This document shows positions 29,335 to 38,627 of a DNA stretch of 62,070 bases, in pieces (the stretch's first letter is position 1; every line of letters begins with the position of its first letter). A program made the position numbers and the translations under genes. Source of the stretch: an uncultured Acidimicrobiaceae bacterium (GTDB lineage Bacteria > Actinomycetota > Acidimicrobiia > Spongiisociales > UBA5794); contig CAYFYC010000006.1 of NCBI GenBank assembly GCA_964347305.1, positions 1 to 62,070 of the forward strand, written 5' to 3'. The notes under the pieces are model-generated. The model was given only the letters and a program-made list of their open reading frames with translations. It ran no database searches and had not been told where the DNA came from.

Positions 29335-30951
29335 GTGGCGAGCAACACCAGGTCGATGGAGCGCACGATGGGCATCGCCGCGCTCATCGTCTCGGGCGGC
29401 GTCCTGCTGTCGCGGATCCTCGGGCAGGTTCGCGAGATCGTCTTCGCGTGGCTCCTCGGCGCCACCCCGATCACCGACCAGTACGTGGCCGCGTTCCGCA
29501 TCCCCGACTTCCTCAACTACCTGCTGGCGGGCGGGTTTCTCTCGATCACGTTCATCCCCATCTTCTCCCGATATCTGGCCGACGACGACGAGGAGGGCGG
29601 CTGGGCGGCGCTCCGGGCCATCATGCGCCCGATCGCGGTCGGCATCACCCTGCTCGTGGCGCTGGGGTGGATCGGTGCGCCGTTGGTCATCGAGCTGATC
29701 TACCCCGAGTTCACGGCGAGTCAGCTCGACGCCACGGTGCGGCTCACCCGCATCGTGCTGCCTGCGCAGATCTTCTTCGTGACCGGGGCGTTGTTCACGG
29801 CGGTGCAGTACGCCAAGGGCGTGTTCACGATCCCGACCCTCGCCCCCATCATCTACAACATCGCCATCATCACCGGTGGCCTCGCGTTCGCGGGCGTCAC
29901 GGGAGAGGCCGATCCGGAGGGCTTCATCTGGGGAGCCGTCGTCGGTGCCTTCATCGGCAACTTCGCCCTCCAGTGGTGGGGAGCCGCTCGCGTCGGCATG
30001 AGGCTGCTCGCCCCGACACCATGGCGGCATCCGGCACTTCGCGAGTACCTCCTGATCGCCATCCCGCTCATGATCGGGCAGTCGATCGTCGTCCTCGACG
30101 AGACCTTCATGAGCACGTTCGGTGACCTCGCCGGTGACGGGGCGCAAACCCAGCTCCAGTTCGCCAGACGCACGATGCTGGTTCCCGTCGGGGTCGTTGC
30201 CCAGGCTGCCGGCGTCGCCGCCTACCCGTTCCTCGCCCGTCTCTTCGCCGAGGGCAAGGAGCGACGGATGAGAGACACCGTCGACACCTCACTTCGCTAT
30301 GTCGTCACGCTCAGCATCCTCGCAACGGGGCTGCTCGTCGCCCTGAGCACACCGATCATGGCCACCCTGTTCGAGCGCGGGTCGTTCGACCGAACGGACA
30401 CCGTCGCCAGCGCGGCCGCCCTGTTCTTCTATGCCTTCTCGATCCCGATCTGGGGCGGTCTGCAGATCCTCACCAGGGCGTTCTACGCCCGCAAGGACAT
30501 GTGGACACCGGTCGTCATCGGAACCGGAGCCACCCTGGTGGCCGTGCCCATCTACTGGTCGCTGCAGCGGGCGTTCGGTCTGCGGGGCGTCGCCGTCGCC
30601 TCCACGATCGTCCTCGCCCTGTATGCCGCCACACTCGCCTTTCGCTGGTACGGCGGCGATGACACCGAGGGCAGGTTGGGCCGTGTACTCGAGAGAACCG
30701 GCAGGGCCGTGCCGCTGGCCGTGGCGGGAGGCCTGGCCGCATGGGCGACCGCGCAGGGCCTCGATGCGCTGCTTCCGGCGGGGTTCCTGTCCAACCTCGC
30801 CCAGGCAGGAGTCGGCGCGGTGGTCTTTGCGGGCGTCGCGCTGCTCACGGGAGCGGGCCTCCACGATCTGCTGCGACGAACCATGCAAGAGGGCCGCCCA
30901 CCGGACGGCCCTCTCCCCCCTGCGGATGTGGTCGATCACGCCGGCGGGTAG
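29335..30951 (+). CDS. murJ: Lipid II flippase MurJ/MviN
   Basis: LLSRILGQVREIVFAWLLGATPITDQYVAAFRIPDFL is the typical MurJ N-terminus, with about 14 TM segments. Alternative ATG starts at 29356 and 29368. Confidence 0.9.
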   Translation: MASNTRSMERTMGIAALIVSGGVLLSRILGQVREIVFAWLLGATPITDQYVAAFRIPDFLNYLLAGGFLSITFIPIFSRYLADDDEEGGWAALRAIMRPIAVGITLLVALGWIGAPLVIELIYPEFTASQLDATVRLTRIVLPAQIFFVTGALFTAVQYAKGVFTIPTLAPIIYNIAIITGGLAFAGVTGEADPEGFIWGAVVGAFIGNFALQWWGAARVGMRLLAPTPWRHPALREYLLIAIPLMIGQSIVVLDETFMSTFGDLAGDGAQTQLQFARRTMLVPVGVVAQAAGVAAYPFLARLFAEGKERRMRDTVDTSLRYVVTLSILATGLLVALSTPIMATLFERGSFDRTDTVASAAALFFYAFSIPIWGGLQILTRAFYARKDMWTPVVIGTGATLVAVPIYWSLQRAFGLRGVAVASTIVLALYAATLAFRWYGGDDTEGRLGRVLERTGRAVPLAVAGGLAAWATAQGLDALLPAGFLSNLAQAGVGAVVFAGVALLTGAGLHDLLRRTMQEGRPPDGPLPPADVVDHAGG

Positions 30952-31352
30952 ACCCCCACGTTCGCCGATGCCTCGGTCTGCCAGAAGATGTCCGAGATCT
31001 CCTGGATCAACTCGATGAGCTTCTCGCTCACCGCGGGATCCATGGACTTCTTGGCCTCGCCTGCCTGCTTGATGGCACGCCAGAAGAGATCGTGCAGCTG
31101 GGGAAACTGCTCGACGTGTGGTGGCTTGAAGAAGTCGGTCCACAGCACCGAGAGATGGTGCTTGACCAGCTCGGCGCGCTCTTGCTTGATGGAGATGGCG
31201 CGAGCTCGAAAGACGTCGTCGTCGGAGCCGTGATACTTCACGGCGCACTGCAGGACGCTCTTGGCTTCGATCATCGCTTGCGCCGGGTCGTAGACCCCGC
31301 AGAACAGGTCGCAGTGTGCGTGTGCGACTTGTGACGGCTTGAAGAGACCCAC
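30936..31352 (-). CDS. sodN: Nickel-containing superoxide dismutase precursor
   Basis: Pro-peptide (V)GLFKPSQVAHA followed by Ni-hook HCDLFCGVYDPA, then KQERAELVKHHLSVLWTDFFKPPH, as in remembered Streptomyces SodN. GGAGG lies 6 nt upstream of GTG 31352 (the track begins at 31367). Confidence 0.9.
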   Translation of the reverse strand: MGLFKPSQVAHAHCDLFCGVYDPAQAMIEAKSVLQCAVKYHGSDDDVFRARAISIKQERAELVKHHLSVLWTDFFKPPHVEQFPQLHDLFWRAIKQAGEAKKSMDPAVSEKLIELIQEISDIFWQTEASANVGVYPPA

Positions 31353-31453
31353 TGGTGACACCTCCACGGTTTGTTGTCGATCGCGTCTGACCCTACACCG
31401 CCCGTGTGAGCAATCTCCCGGGGGGCGGCGACGGCCTGCGGTACCATCCGCCG

Positions 31454-31942
31454 ATGCCTTCCCGGCGCGGCGCCGTCGCCGCCAGCGTGCTCGGTGCGGT
31501 CGTAGCGGCCGTCGCGGGACGATCGATTCGCCGACTCGCCATCGCTGAACACTCGATGCAGCCCGCCCTCGAGAGTGGCGACTACGTGCTCGCCAGGACC
31601 GTCCGTCGACCCCGACGTGGAGACATCGTCACCTTCCGGCATCCGTCACGACCCGAGCTCTTGCTCGTGAAGAGAGTCGTCGGTCTCCCGGGCGAACAGC
31701 TCGTCGTCAGCCGCGGCCAGGCACACATCGGCGACGCCGTGCTCGCCGAGCCATGGGCCAACGGACCGACCCAGCCGGACATGACACTCGAGGCCGGACC
31801 CGACGAGGTGATCGTGTTCTCCGACAATCGCGCCGCGACCCTCGCCGATTCACGGTCGTTCGGGCCGATTCCGGTGTCGGATCTGGAGCATCGCGTGGTC
31901 GCCCGCTATTGGCCGCTCTCCGCGATCGGACGGGTACGTTGA
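31454..31942 (+). CDS. sodX: S26 signal-peptidase-like NiSOD maturation protease
   Basis: Ser nucleophile motif HSMQPAL and lysine motif LVKRVVGLPGE. Divergent from sodN, as is typical. Confidence 0.8.
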   Translation: MPSRRGAVAASVLGAVVAAVAGRSIRRLAIAEHSMQPALESGDYVLARTVRRPRRGDIVTFRHPSRPELLLVKRVVGLPGEQLVVSRGQAHIGDAVLAEPWANGPTQPDMTLEAGPDEVIVFSDNRAATLADSRSFGPIPVSDLEHRVVARYWPLSAIGRVR

Positions 31943-32133
31943 CCGGGGAACGGAGAGAGCGGGGCCGAGGGTGACCGGCCGGCCACGGTCGCCGAGGGGG
32001 CAGGGCAGACGGCCGCCGTCTCACCGTCACAGCACTCGGCCTGGTTGAGCCCGAACATGGGACAGCGGCCGTCCACACAGGCTGCGTGACCGTGTACATA
32101 TCGCATCTCGCTCCGACACCATCTGCACCGCAT
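31906..32133 (-). CDS. Small Cys-rich (zinc-ribbon-like) hypothetical protein
   Basis: MRCRWCRSEMRYVHGHAACVDGRCPMFGLNQAECCDGE followed by a low-complexity tail. About 70 percent G/C at third positions by hand count. Lies 42 nt downstream of, and co-oriented with, the alkylation-repair gene. Overlaps the sodX 3' end by 37 nt. Confidence 0.35.
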   Translation of the reverse strand: MRCRWCRSEMRYVHGHAACVDGRCPMFGLNQAECCDGETAAVCPAPSATVAGRSPSAPLSPFPGQRTRPIAESGQ

Positions 32134-32175
32134 GGCGCACGGTTCTACCCGATGGCGTCCTGAGCTCCAACGACC

Positions 32176-32895
32176 TCAGGTGACGTCGAGGTGTTTCGTC
32201 GCCTCCCTGAACGTCAGCCCGCACAGTCGGTCACGATGGCTCGTGACGAACTCGAGCACCGCATCGGGATCGGTCTTCGCGTACTCCCGCAGCACCCAGC
32301 CGATCGCCTTCCGGATGAAGAACTCCTGCTCGTGAGCGAGACGGAGACAGTGGTCGAACAGCGAGCTCACGTCGGTGTCGGACTTGTGGCCGAGATGGGC
32401 GAGCAGGGCGGAACGCCGCAGCCACATGTCGTCGGCGGCGACCCATCGCTCCATCACCGGCGCCACTACTTCCCGCTCCCGACGCAGTGCACTCCCCACG
32501 CACTTCGCTGCGACGTGGTCGACGAAATCCCACCATGCGCCCTCGACGATGAGGTCGTGATAGAGACCGAGGTGCCGGCTCGTCATGAATCGTCGATGGT
32601 CGCTCGCCAGACCCATCGCCAGGTACTTCTCCTCGCGATGGGGAAGCCGCCAGAAGGTGCGCACGAGGTGGTCGTACTCCGCGTCGGATGCCGGTGGCAG
32701 CTCGTCACGTATCCGTCGGGCCATCGGCTTTCGATCGGGTGACTTGATGCCGTAGAAGGGCATGTCGGTCTTCATGTACGCCGCCATGGCCGCGGCGTTC
32801 GCCGGGTCGGCGAGCGCCGACCACTCCTCCTGCACCATTGCGACCGCGTCGGCGACCCGCCGGACGTAGGCGGCATCCGGAGCACCGAGATTCAA
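32176..32895 (-). CDS. DNA alkylation repair protein (AlkD-like HEAT-repeat family)
   Basis: AAMAAYMKTDMPFYGIKSPDRKPMAR ... FFIRKAIGWVLREYAKTDP, typical of that family. TTG start at 32895 is preceded by GGGAGG with a 5-nt spacer. Confidence 0.7.
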   Translation of the reverse strand: MNLGAPDAAYVRRVADAVAMVQEEWSALADPANAAAMAAYMKTDMPFYGIKSPDRKPMARRIRDELPPASDAEYDHLVRTFWRLPHREEKYLAMGLASDHRRFMTSRHLGLYHDLIVEGAWWDFVDHVAAKCVGSALRREREVVAPVMERWVAADDMWLRRSALLAHLGHKSDTDVSSLFDHCLRLAHEQEFFIRKAIGWVLREYAKTDPDAVLEFVTSHRDRLCGLTFREATKHLDVT

Positions 32896-33052
32896 GGTGA
32901 CCTCCCTCGACACCGGAACGATACCGACCTCGCCCGGCGGCCCACCCGGGGACGGACGTCCATCGCGCAACCGGAGTCGATCGAGGCCGACCACACCACA
33001 GGACACAGGAGACAGCATCCGTTATCGAAGGACCCCGATACACTTGCGCCTC

Positions 33053-34165
33053 GTGATACACCGGTTGGGGATCTGGGTGGTGGTGATGGCGCTCGGCGCT
33101 GCTGCGTGCAGTGGCGGCGATGAGGCCGTAGCCGCCCAGACGACCACGACGACCACGACCACCACGACCACCACCACGCTCGCGCCGACCACCACGCTCG
33201 CGCCGACCACGTCGTCGTCCACGACGACGACACAGGCGACGACGACCACCACGATCTACCCGGGACCCTGGTCGCCACTGAACGGCCTGCCTGTCGAAGC
33301 CGACGCCGTGGACCATCGGGTCATCGCCGTCAAGATCGACAACCATCCGGCCGCCCGGCCTCAGACGGGGCTCGACCAGGCAGACGCGATGTACGAGCTC
33401 CTGGTCGAAGGTGGCCTCACCCGCTTCATCGGGCTCTTCCAGACCATCGACCCCGACCGGGTGGGGCCCATCCGCAGCGGACGGCCGACCGATCCGACGT
33501 TGGTGGCCTTCCTCGACGCCCCCCTCCAGATCTCCGGGGCGCAGAGCTGGATCATCTCCTACATCAACTCGACGGGCGTCAAGCTGATCGGCGACAACGG
33601 TGCGACCACCTTCCGCGATTCGTCTCGAAACGCGCCGCACAACCTCTACGGGCGGGTGGCGGCCATGCGGGACGTGTCAGACTCGCGAGGCTATCCCGAC
33701 GATTCCCCGGATCCGATGTTCCTGTTCGGCGACACCCCCGCCGACGGCATCGCCGCCACGACGGTCACCCTCGACTGGTCGAGTCGTCCCGAGGTCGTCT
33801 GGACCTGGGACGGAACGTCCTACTTGCGGTGGAACGCCTCCGAACCGCACACATGGATCACAGCCGAGGGCGAGGAGGAGCAGATAGCCGTTCCCGCCTT
33901 GCTCGTCCTCACGGCACGCCAGTACACGGCGACCCCGCCGGGGAAGGGCTCCTCGGTGCCGGCCCTCGACACCGTTGGATCCGGCCAGGCGCTGCTCTTC
34001 CATTCGGGCCGGCTCGTGGAAGGCACGTGGGATCGGGACAGCATCGAAGAACCGTTCACGCTCGAGCTCGTCGACGGCTCTCCGATGGTCATCCCACGCG
34101 GGCAACTGTGGATCTCGATCTTCCCGTCCCATCAACGTGTCACGTGGGACGCCGAGACTCGATGA
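33053..34165 (+). CDS. DUF3048-family lipoprotein with Thr-rich linker
   Basis: Lipobox LGAAACSGG, a 13-Thr run and TTLAPT x2 linker, then VIAVKIDNHPAARPQTGLDQADAMYELLVEGGLTRF, typical of DUF3048/YerB-like proteins. GTG start at 33053. Confidence 0.7.
   Translation: MIHRLGIWVVVMALGAAACSGGDEAVAAQTTTTTTTTTTTTTLAPTTTLAPTTSSSTTTTQATTTTTIYPGPWSPLNGLPVEADAVDHRVIAVKIDNHPAARPQTGLDQADAMYELLVEGGLTRFIGLFQTIDPDRVGPIRSGRPTDPTLVAFLDAPLQISGAQSWIISYINSTGVKLIGDNGATTFRDSSRNAPHNLYGRVAAMRDVSDSRGYPDDSPDPMFLFGDTPADGIAATTVTLDWSSRPEVVWTWDGTSYLRWNASEPHTWITAEGEEEQIAVPALLVLTARQYTATPPGKGSSVPALDTVGSGQALLFHSGRLVEGTWDRDSIEEPFTLELVDGSPMVIPRGQLWISIFPSHQRVTWDAETR
33140..33255 (+). repeat. Thr-codon (ACG/ACC) low-complexity tract with an exact 18-bp tandem duplication
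   Basis: Thirteen consecutive Thr codons at 33140-33178. ACCACCACGCTCGCGCCG occurs at 33170-33187 and again at 33188-33205. Confidence 0.9.
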
Positions 34166-34189
34166 GCCATCGACTCCTACCATCGGCTC

Positions 34190-35554
34190 GTGGACGGCGT
34201 GACGGAGACCGCAGCTCGCATCGCCTCGCGTGAGGTCGAGGCGACCGACGTCGTCACAGATGCCCTGGCGCGGATCGACGGCAGCAGACTCAACGCGTTC
34301 ACCCAGCCGGATCCGCAGGCGCTGGAACGGGCTGCAGCCATCGACGAGGCGATCGCCACCGGAAGGTCCGTGGGGCCGCTCGGTGGCGTGCCGGTCGCGG
34401 TGAAGGACCTCATCGATCACGAAGGCAGGGTCAACACTCGGGGATCGTCGATCGCCCGTGAGCCGTCGACGCGCACCGCAACCTGTGTCGCCAGGCTGGA
34501 GGATGCAGGCGCCATCGTCGTGGGCCGGACCGGCCTCCACGAGTACGCCTTCGGCTTCAGCAGCGAGAACCCCTGGTCCGGGCCGATCCACAACCCGTGG
34601 GACTTGTCGCTGTCCCCCGGCGGGTCCTCGGGGGGCTCCGGCGCCGCGGTGGCCGCCGGGCTCGTCCCAGCCGCCCTCGGGACCGACACCGGAGGTTCGG
34701 TGCGCGTGCCGGCCGCGATGTGCGGCGTCGTCGGGCTCAAAGTGACCCACGGGCGTATCCCGATCGACGGCGTCTACCCGCTGGCACCGTCGATCGACAC
34801 CGTCGGTCCGCTGGCGAGAACCGTCGAGGATGCGGCGCTGCTCTACGCCGTGATGGCGGGTCTCTCGGAGCACGATCCGTGGTCGCTGCCAGCACCGGTG
34901 ACCCCACCACCGACGCTCCGCCTCGAGGATGTGCGCTTCGGGTTCCCCGTGCCGTGGACGACGACACCGCTCGACGACGACGTCGCCTCGGCCTGGAACG
35001 ATGCGATCGCATTCCTGAGGAGCGAGGGGGCGGTGGTCCAGGCCATGGAGGCAGAGATCGACCTCACGGGGTCGATGCCGGCGAGCTTCGGATACGAAGT
35101 CGCCAACGTCCACCGGACCCGGTTCGCGGAGCAGCCCGAGACCTATGGGCCCGAGGTCGCCGACCGCATCCGCGTCGCCCTCACGACGACGTTCGACGAC
35201 TACCTCGAAGCACTCGCCTGGCGGAGACGGCTCCGGCTCCGATTCGACGGCTTGCTCGACGACGTGGACGTGCTCCTCACGCCTTCCGTCGCCACGACGC
35301 GCAAACCGATCGGCGCCGACACGCTCGTCACCGGAGGCGTCGAGGAGCCATACCGGCTGCCGCTCTCGAGGTTCACCGCCCCCGTCAACCACGCCGGATT
35401 GCCTGCGCTCTCGCTGCCGCTGCCGGGCCCCGGCACCCCTCCGCCAGGGCTGCAGCTGATCGGCCGGGCGTGGAGCGAAAGCCTGCTGATCGGCATCGGC
35501 CGTGCCCTCGAGAGGTCGGGACTGGTCACGCCCCGGACACCGCCATACCGGTGA
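34190..35554 (+). CDS. Amidase (amidase-signature family)
   Basis: GGSSGGSGAAVAAG signature, KDLIDHEG lysine region, GTDTGGSVRVPAA. Confidence 0.9.
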   Translation: MDGVTETAARIASREVEATDVVTDALARIDGSRLNAFTQPDPQALERAAAIDEAIATGRSVGPLGGVPVAVKDLIDHEGRVNTRGSSIAREPSTRTATCVARLEDAGAIVVGRTGLHEYAFGFSSENPWSGPIHNPWDLSLSPGGSSGGSGAAVAAGLVPAALGTDTGGSVRVPAAMCGVVGLKVTHGRIPIDGVYPLAPSIDTVGPLARTVEDAALLYAVMAGLSEHDPWSLPAPVTPPPTLRLEDVRFGFPVPWTTTPLDDDVASAWNDAIAFLRSEGAVVQAMEAEIDLTGSMPASFGYEVANVHRTRFAEQPETYGPEVADRIRVALTTTFDDYLEALAWRRRLRLRFDGLLDDVDVLLTPSVATTRKPIGADTLVTGGVEEPYRLPLSRFTAPVNHAGLPALSLPLPGPGTPPPGLQLIGRAWSESLLIGIGRALERSGLVTPRTPPYR

Positions 35555-35738
35555 CGAGCCACCCCGGTCGCACCGATCACGACTGTGCTCCTGGGTCAGA
35601 CCGCGTAAAAGGTCTGCGTGCGATCCGGAGAGGCATAGACTGCACATTCGTGACCGATGTGTCGCCGACTGGGCCAATCACGAATCGCACCTCCACACGC
35701 AGAGCCGGTGTGTGCAGCGTGCGCCACACAGGAGCATC

Positions 35739-37607
35739 ATGTCTGAAGAAACGCTGACCGCGCCCCCGGTCCCGGAGGAGAGGGACAGCCTCGTCATCCG
35801 GTTCGCCGGCGACTCGGGCGACGGTATGCAGCTCGCCGGTACCCGATTCACCGCAGCGTCCGCACTGTCCGGCAACGACCACGCAACGCTGCCCAACATC
35901 CCCGCCGAGATCCGCGCACCGCAGGGGACCCTGCCCGGCGTCTCGTCGTTCCAGGTGCAGATCGCCGACAGCGACATCCTGACGCCGGGTGACGCCCCCG
36001 ACGTGCTCGTCGCGATGAACCCGGCAGCGCTGAAAGCCAACATCGACGACCTGCTCGACGGCGGCCTGCTGCTGATCAACACGGACGCCTTCGACGAGCG
36101 CAACCTCACCAAGGCGGGCTACGACTCCGATCCGCTCAAGAACGGATCGCTCGAGCGCTACAACGTCATGACCGCCCCGATGACCGAGCTCACGAAGCTC
36201 GCCGTGACGGACAGCGGTGTCAAGGGCCGTGCCACCCTGCGCTCCAAGAACTTCTTTGCGCTCGGTCTCGTCTCGTGGATGTTCAATCGGCCGCTCGAGC
36301 TCATCGAGAACTGGATCGCACGACGCTTCGGTGACGACCCGGTCGGCAAGGCGAACTCCATGGCCCTCAAGGCCGGGTACAACTACGGCCTCACCACGGA
36401 GGCCTTCCATCACACGTACATCGTCAAGCCGGCGACGCTCCCGGAGGGCGAGTACACGAACATCACGGGGAACACGGCGGTGGCGTGGGGGCTCATCGCA
36501 GCCGCTCACCAGGCCAAGCTGCCGCTCTTCTACGGCTCCTACCCGATCACGCCCGCATCGAGCATCCTCGAGGAACTCGCCAAACACAAGAACTTCGGGG
36601 TCCGGACGTTCCAGGCCGAGGACGAGATCGCAGCCGTCGGAGTCGCCCTCGGTGCCGCCTTCGCCGGACATCTCGGCGCAACGGGCACGAGCGGTCCCGG
36701 CGTCGCCCTCAAGTCGGAGACCATCTCTTTGGCGTTCCAGGTGGAGTTGCCGATGGTGATCGTCGACGTCCAGCGAGCGGGACCGTCCACAGGCATGCCG
36801 ACGAAGACGGAGCAGGCCGATCTCATGCTGGCGATGTACGGCCGCCACGGGGAGGCTCCCATGCCGATCCTGGCTCCCGCCACACCCGCCGATGCGTTCG
36901 AGACGACCGTCGAGGCATGCCGGATCGCCATCAAGTACATGACCCCGGTGTTGTTGCTCTCGGACGGGTACATCGCCAACAGCTCCGAGCCGTGGCGACT
37001 CCCGGACATGTCGGATCTCCCCGACATCTCCCGGCCGTTCGCCACCAACACCGACGAGGAGTTCTTGCCGTATCGGCGAGACGAGGACACGCTCGCCCGG
37101 CCGTGGGCGATCCCGGGCACACCGGGTCTCGAGCACCGGGTGGGTGGCCTCGAGCACGCCGACCTGACCGGCAACGTCGAGTACTCGCCGGAGAACCACG
37201 AGCGCATGACGCTGTTGCGGGAACAGAAGGTGATGGGCATCGCGGAGGACATCGCCGACGTCACTGTCTTCGGCCCGACGGACGGCGACATCCTCGTGCT
37301 GGGGTGGGGGTCCACATACGGCGCGATCCGGGCGGCGGTGATCAGGATGCAGGAGGCCGGCCACTTGGTCGCCCACGCCCACATCCGCCACCTCTTCCCC
37401 TTCCCGAAGAACATCGAGGAGGTCTTGCGGAGGTACCGCAAGGTGCTGATCCCCGAGCTCAACCGGGGCCAGCTGTCGAAGCTGATCCGGGCCGAGTTCC
37501 TCATCGACACCACGTCATATCCGAAGATCCAGGGCCTGCCGTTCAAGGCGAGCGAGATCTCGGCGAAGATCGGCGAGGTGCTCGCCGACATGGAGGCAGA
37601 GGCATGA
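35739..37607 (+). CDS. korA: 2-oxoglutarate/2-oxoacid:ferredoxin oxidoreductase subunit alpha
   Basis: IRFAGDSGDGMQLAG, YPITPAS, GTSGPG. ATG 35739 follows CAGGAG. Only the last 622 aa of track ORF 35502..37607 are used. Confidence 0.9.
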   Translation: MSEETLTAPPVPEERDSLVIRFAGDSGDGMQLAGTRFTAASALSGNDHATLPNIPAEIRAPQGTLPGVSSFQVQIADSDILTPGDAPDVLVAMNPAALKANIDDLLDGGLLLINTDAFDERNLTKAGYDSDPLKNGSLERYNVMTAPMTELTKLAVTDSGVKGRATLRSKNFFALGLVSWMFNRPLELIENWIARRFGDDPVGKANSMALKAGYNYGLTTEAFHHTYIVKPATLPEGEYTNITGNTAVAWGLIAAAHQAKLPLFYGSYPITPASSILEELAKHKNFGVRTFQAEDEIAAVGVALGAAFAGHLGATGTSGPGVALKSETISLAFQVELPMVIVDVQRAGPSTGMPTKTEQADLMLAMYGRHGEAPMPILAPATPADAFETTVEACRIAIKYMTPVLLLSDGYIANSSEPWRLPDMSDLPDISRPFATNTDEEFLPYRRDEDTLARPWAIPGTPGLEHRVGGLEHADLTGNVEYSPENHERMTLLREQKVMGIAEDIADVTVFGPTDGDILVLGWGSTYGAIRAAVIRMQEAGHLVAHAHIRHLFPFPKNIEEVLRRYRKVLIPELNRGQLSKLIRAEFLIDTTSYPKIQGLPFKASEISAKIGEVLADMEAEA

Positions 37608-38614
37608 CCGACACCCGTTACGAACGCGGCGACTTCCAGTCGGACCAGGAGGTCCGCTGGTGTCCCGGATGTGGCGACTACACGATCCTCGCCTCGGTTC
37701 AGAACTTCCTGGCCTCGCTCGACATCGATCGCGAAAAGCACGTCTTCATCTCCGGCATCGGCTGTGCCGCCCGCTTCCCGTACTACGTCGAGACGTACGG
37801 CATGCACTCGATCCACGGTCGGGCACCCGCCATCGCCACCGGTGTCGCCACGGCCAACCCCGACCTCAATGTGTGGGTGGTCACCGGTGACGGCGATGCC
37901 CTTTCGATCGGCGGCAACCACCTGATCCACGCCCTCCGGCGCAACATCAACATCAAGGTGCTGCTGTTCAACAACCAGATCTACGGTCTGACCAAGGGCC
38001 AGTACTCCCCCACATCGGAGCGAGGGAAGCGGACAAAGACCAGCCCGATGGGATCCATCGAGACCCCCTTCAACCCGATCAGCCTGGCACTCGGGGCCGA
38101 GGCCTCGTTCGTGGCGCGCACGATCGACATGGACCGTCATCACACGACAGAGATGCTGGCCGCCGCCCACGCCCACGAGGGTGCGGCGTTCCTCGAGATC
38201 TATCAGAACTGCAACGTCTTCAACGACAAGGCGTTCATCCAGCTCACCGGTCGCGAGGAGCGTGCCGAGAACCGGATCACCCTCGAACCGGGCAAGCCCG
38301 TCGTGTTCGGGCCCAACGACGAGAAGGGCGTCGTGGTGGACGCAACCGGTGCTCGCGTCGTCGATGTCGCCGACGTCGGGCTCGATGCGATCCACGTGCA
38401 CGACCCGACACTGGAGGACCCGAGCGGAGCCTTTGCGCTGAGCCGCCTCAGCCACGGTCCGTACGGACCGACCCCGATCGGCGTGTTCCGATCGGTGAGT
38501 CGCGCCGGCTACGCCGGCCAGCTCCAGCAACAATTGGCTGCGGCGCAGTCCAACAAGGGCTCAGGCGACCTCGCCTCTCTCGTCAGAGGCGTGGGCACCT
38601 GGTCCGTCGACTGA
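37604..38614 (+). CDS. korB: 2-oxoglutarate/2-oxoacid:ferredoxin oxidoreductase subunit beta
   Basis: WCPGCGDY, TPP motif GDGDALSIGGNH, NNQIYGLTKGQ. ATGA overlap with korA. Confidence 0.9.
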   Translation: MTDTRYERGDFQSDQEVRWCPGCGDYTILASVQNFLASLDIDREKHVFISGIGCAARFPYYVETYGMHSIHGRAPAIATGVATANPDLNVWVVTGDGDALSIGGNHLIHALRRNINIKVLLFNNQIYGLTKGQYSPTSERGKRTKTSPMGSIETPFNPISLALGAEASFVARTIDMDRHHTTEMLAAAHAHEGAAFLEIYQNCNVFNDKAFIQLTGREERAENRITLEPGKPVVFGPNDEKGVVVDATGARVVDVADVGLDAIHVHDPTLEDPSGAFALSRLSHGPYGPTPIGVFRSVSRAGYAGQLQQQLAAAQSNKGSGDLASLVRGVGTWSVD

Positions 38615-38627
38615 TCTCCGGACCCCT

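Noticed and set aside
25480-30147. Antisense ORFs opposite the ABC ATPase (25480..26511), the second ATPase (27572..28909) and murJ (29245..30147)
   Set aside because: They are opposite genes with Walker/signature motifs or clear polytopic membrane topology. They contain no motifs and show a strong Arg/Asp/Gly bias.
33140-33255. Simple-sequence tract considered as a non-coding microsatellite or CRISPR-like repeat
   Set aside because: It is in frame within the lipoprotein gene (Thr-rich linker) and has only two exact 18-bp units.
35597-35616. Stem-loop CAGACC-gcgtaaaa-GGTCTG after the amidase gene as a terminator or korA leader element
   Set aside because: It has only a 6-bp stem with an 8-nt loop and no U-tract, which is too weak to call without transcript data.
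33677-38533. Several 600-670-aa minus-strand ORFs (33677..35677, 35577..37391, 36539..38533) and the plus ORF 36485..38614 N-terminal extension
   Set aside because: All are antisense or out of frame relative to the amidase, korA and korB, which carry clear catalytic motifs. The alternative frames are low-complexity Arg/Gly/Pro.
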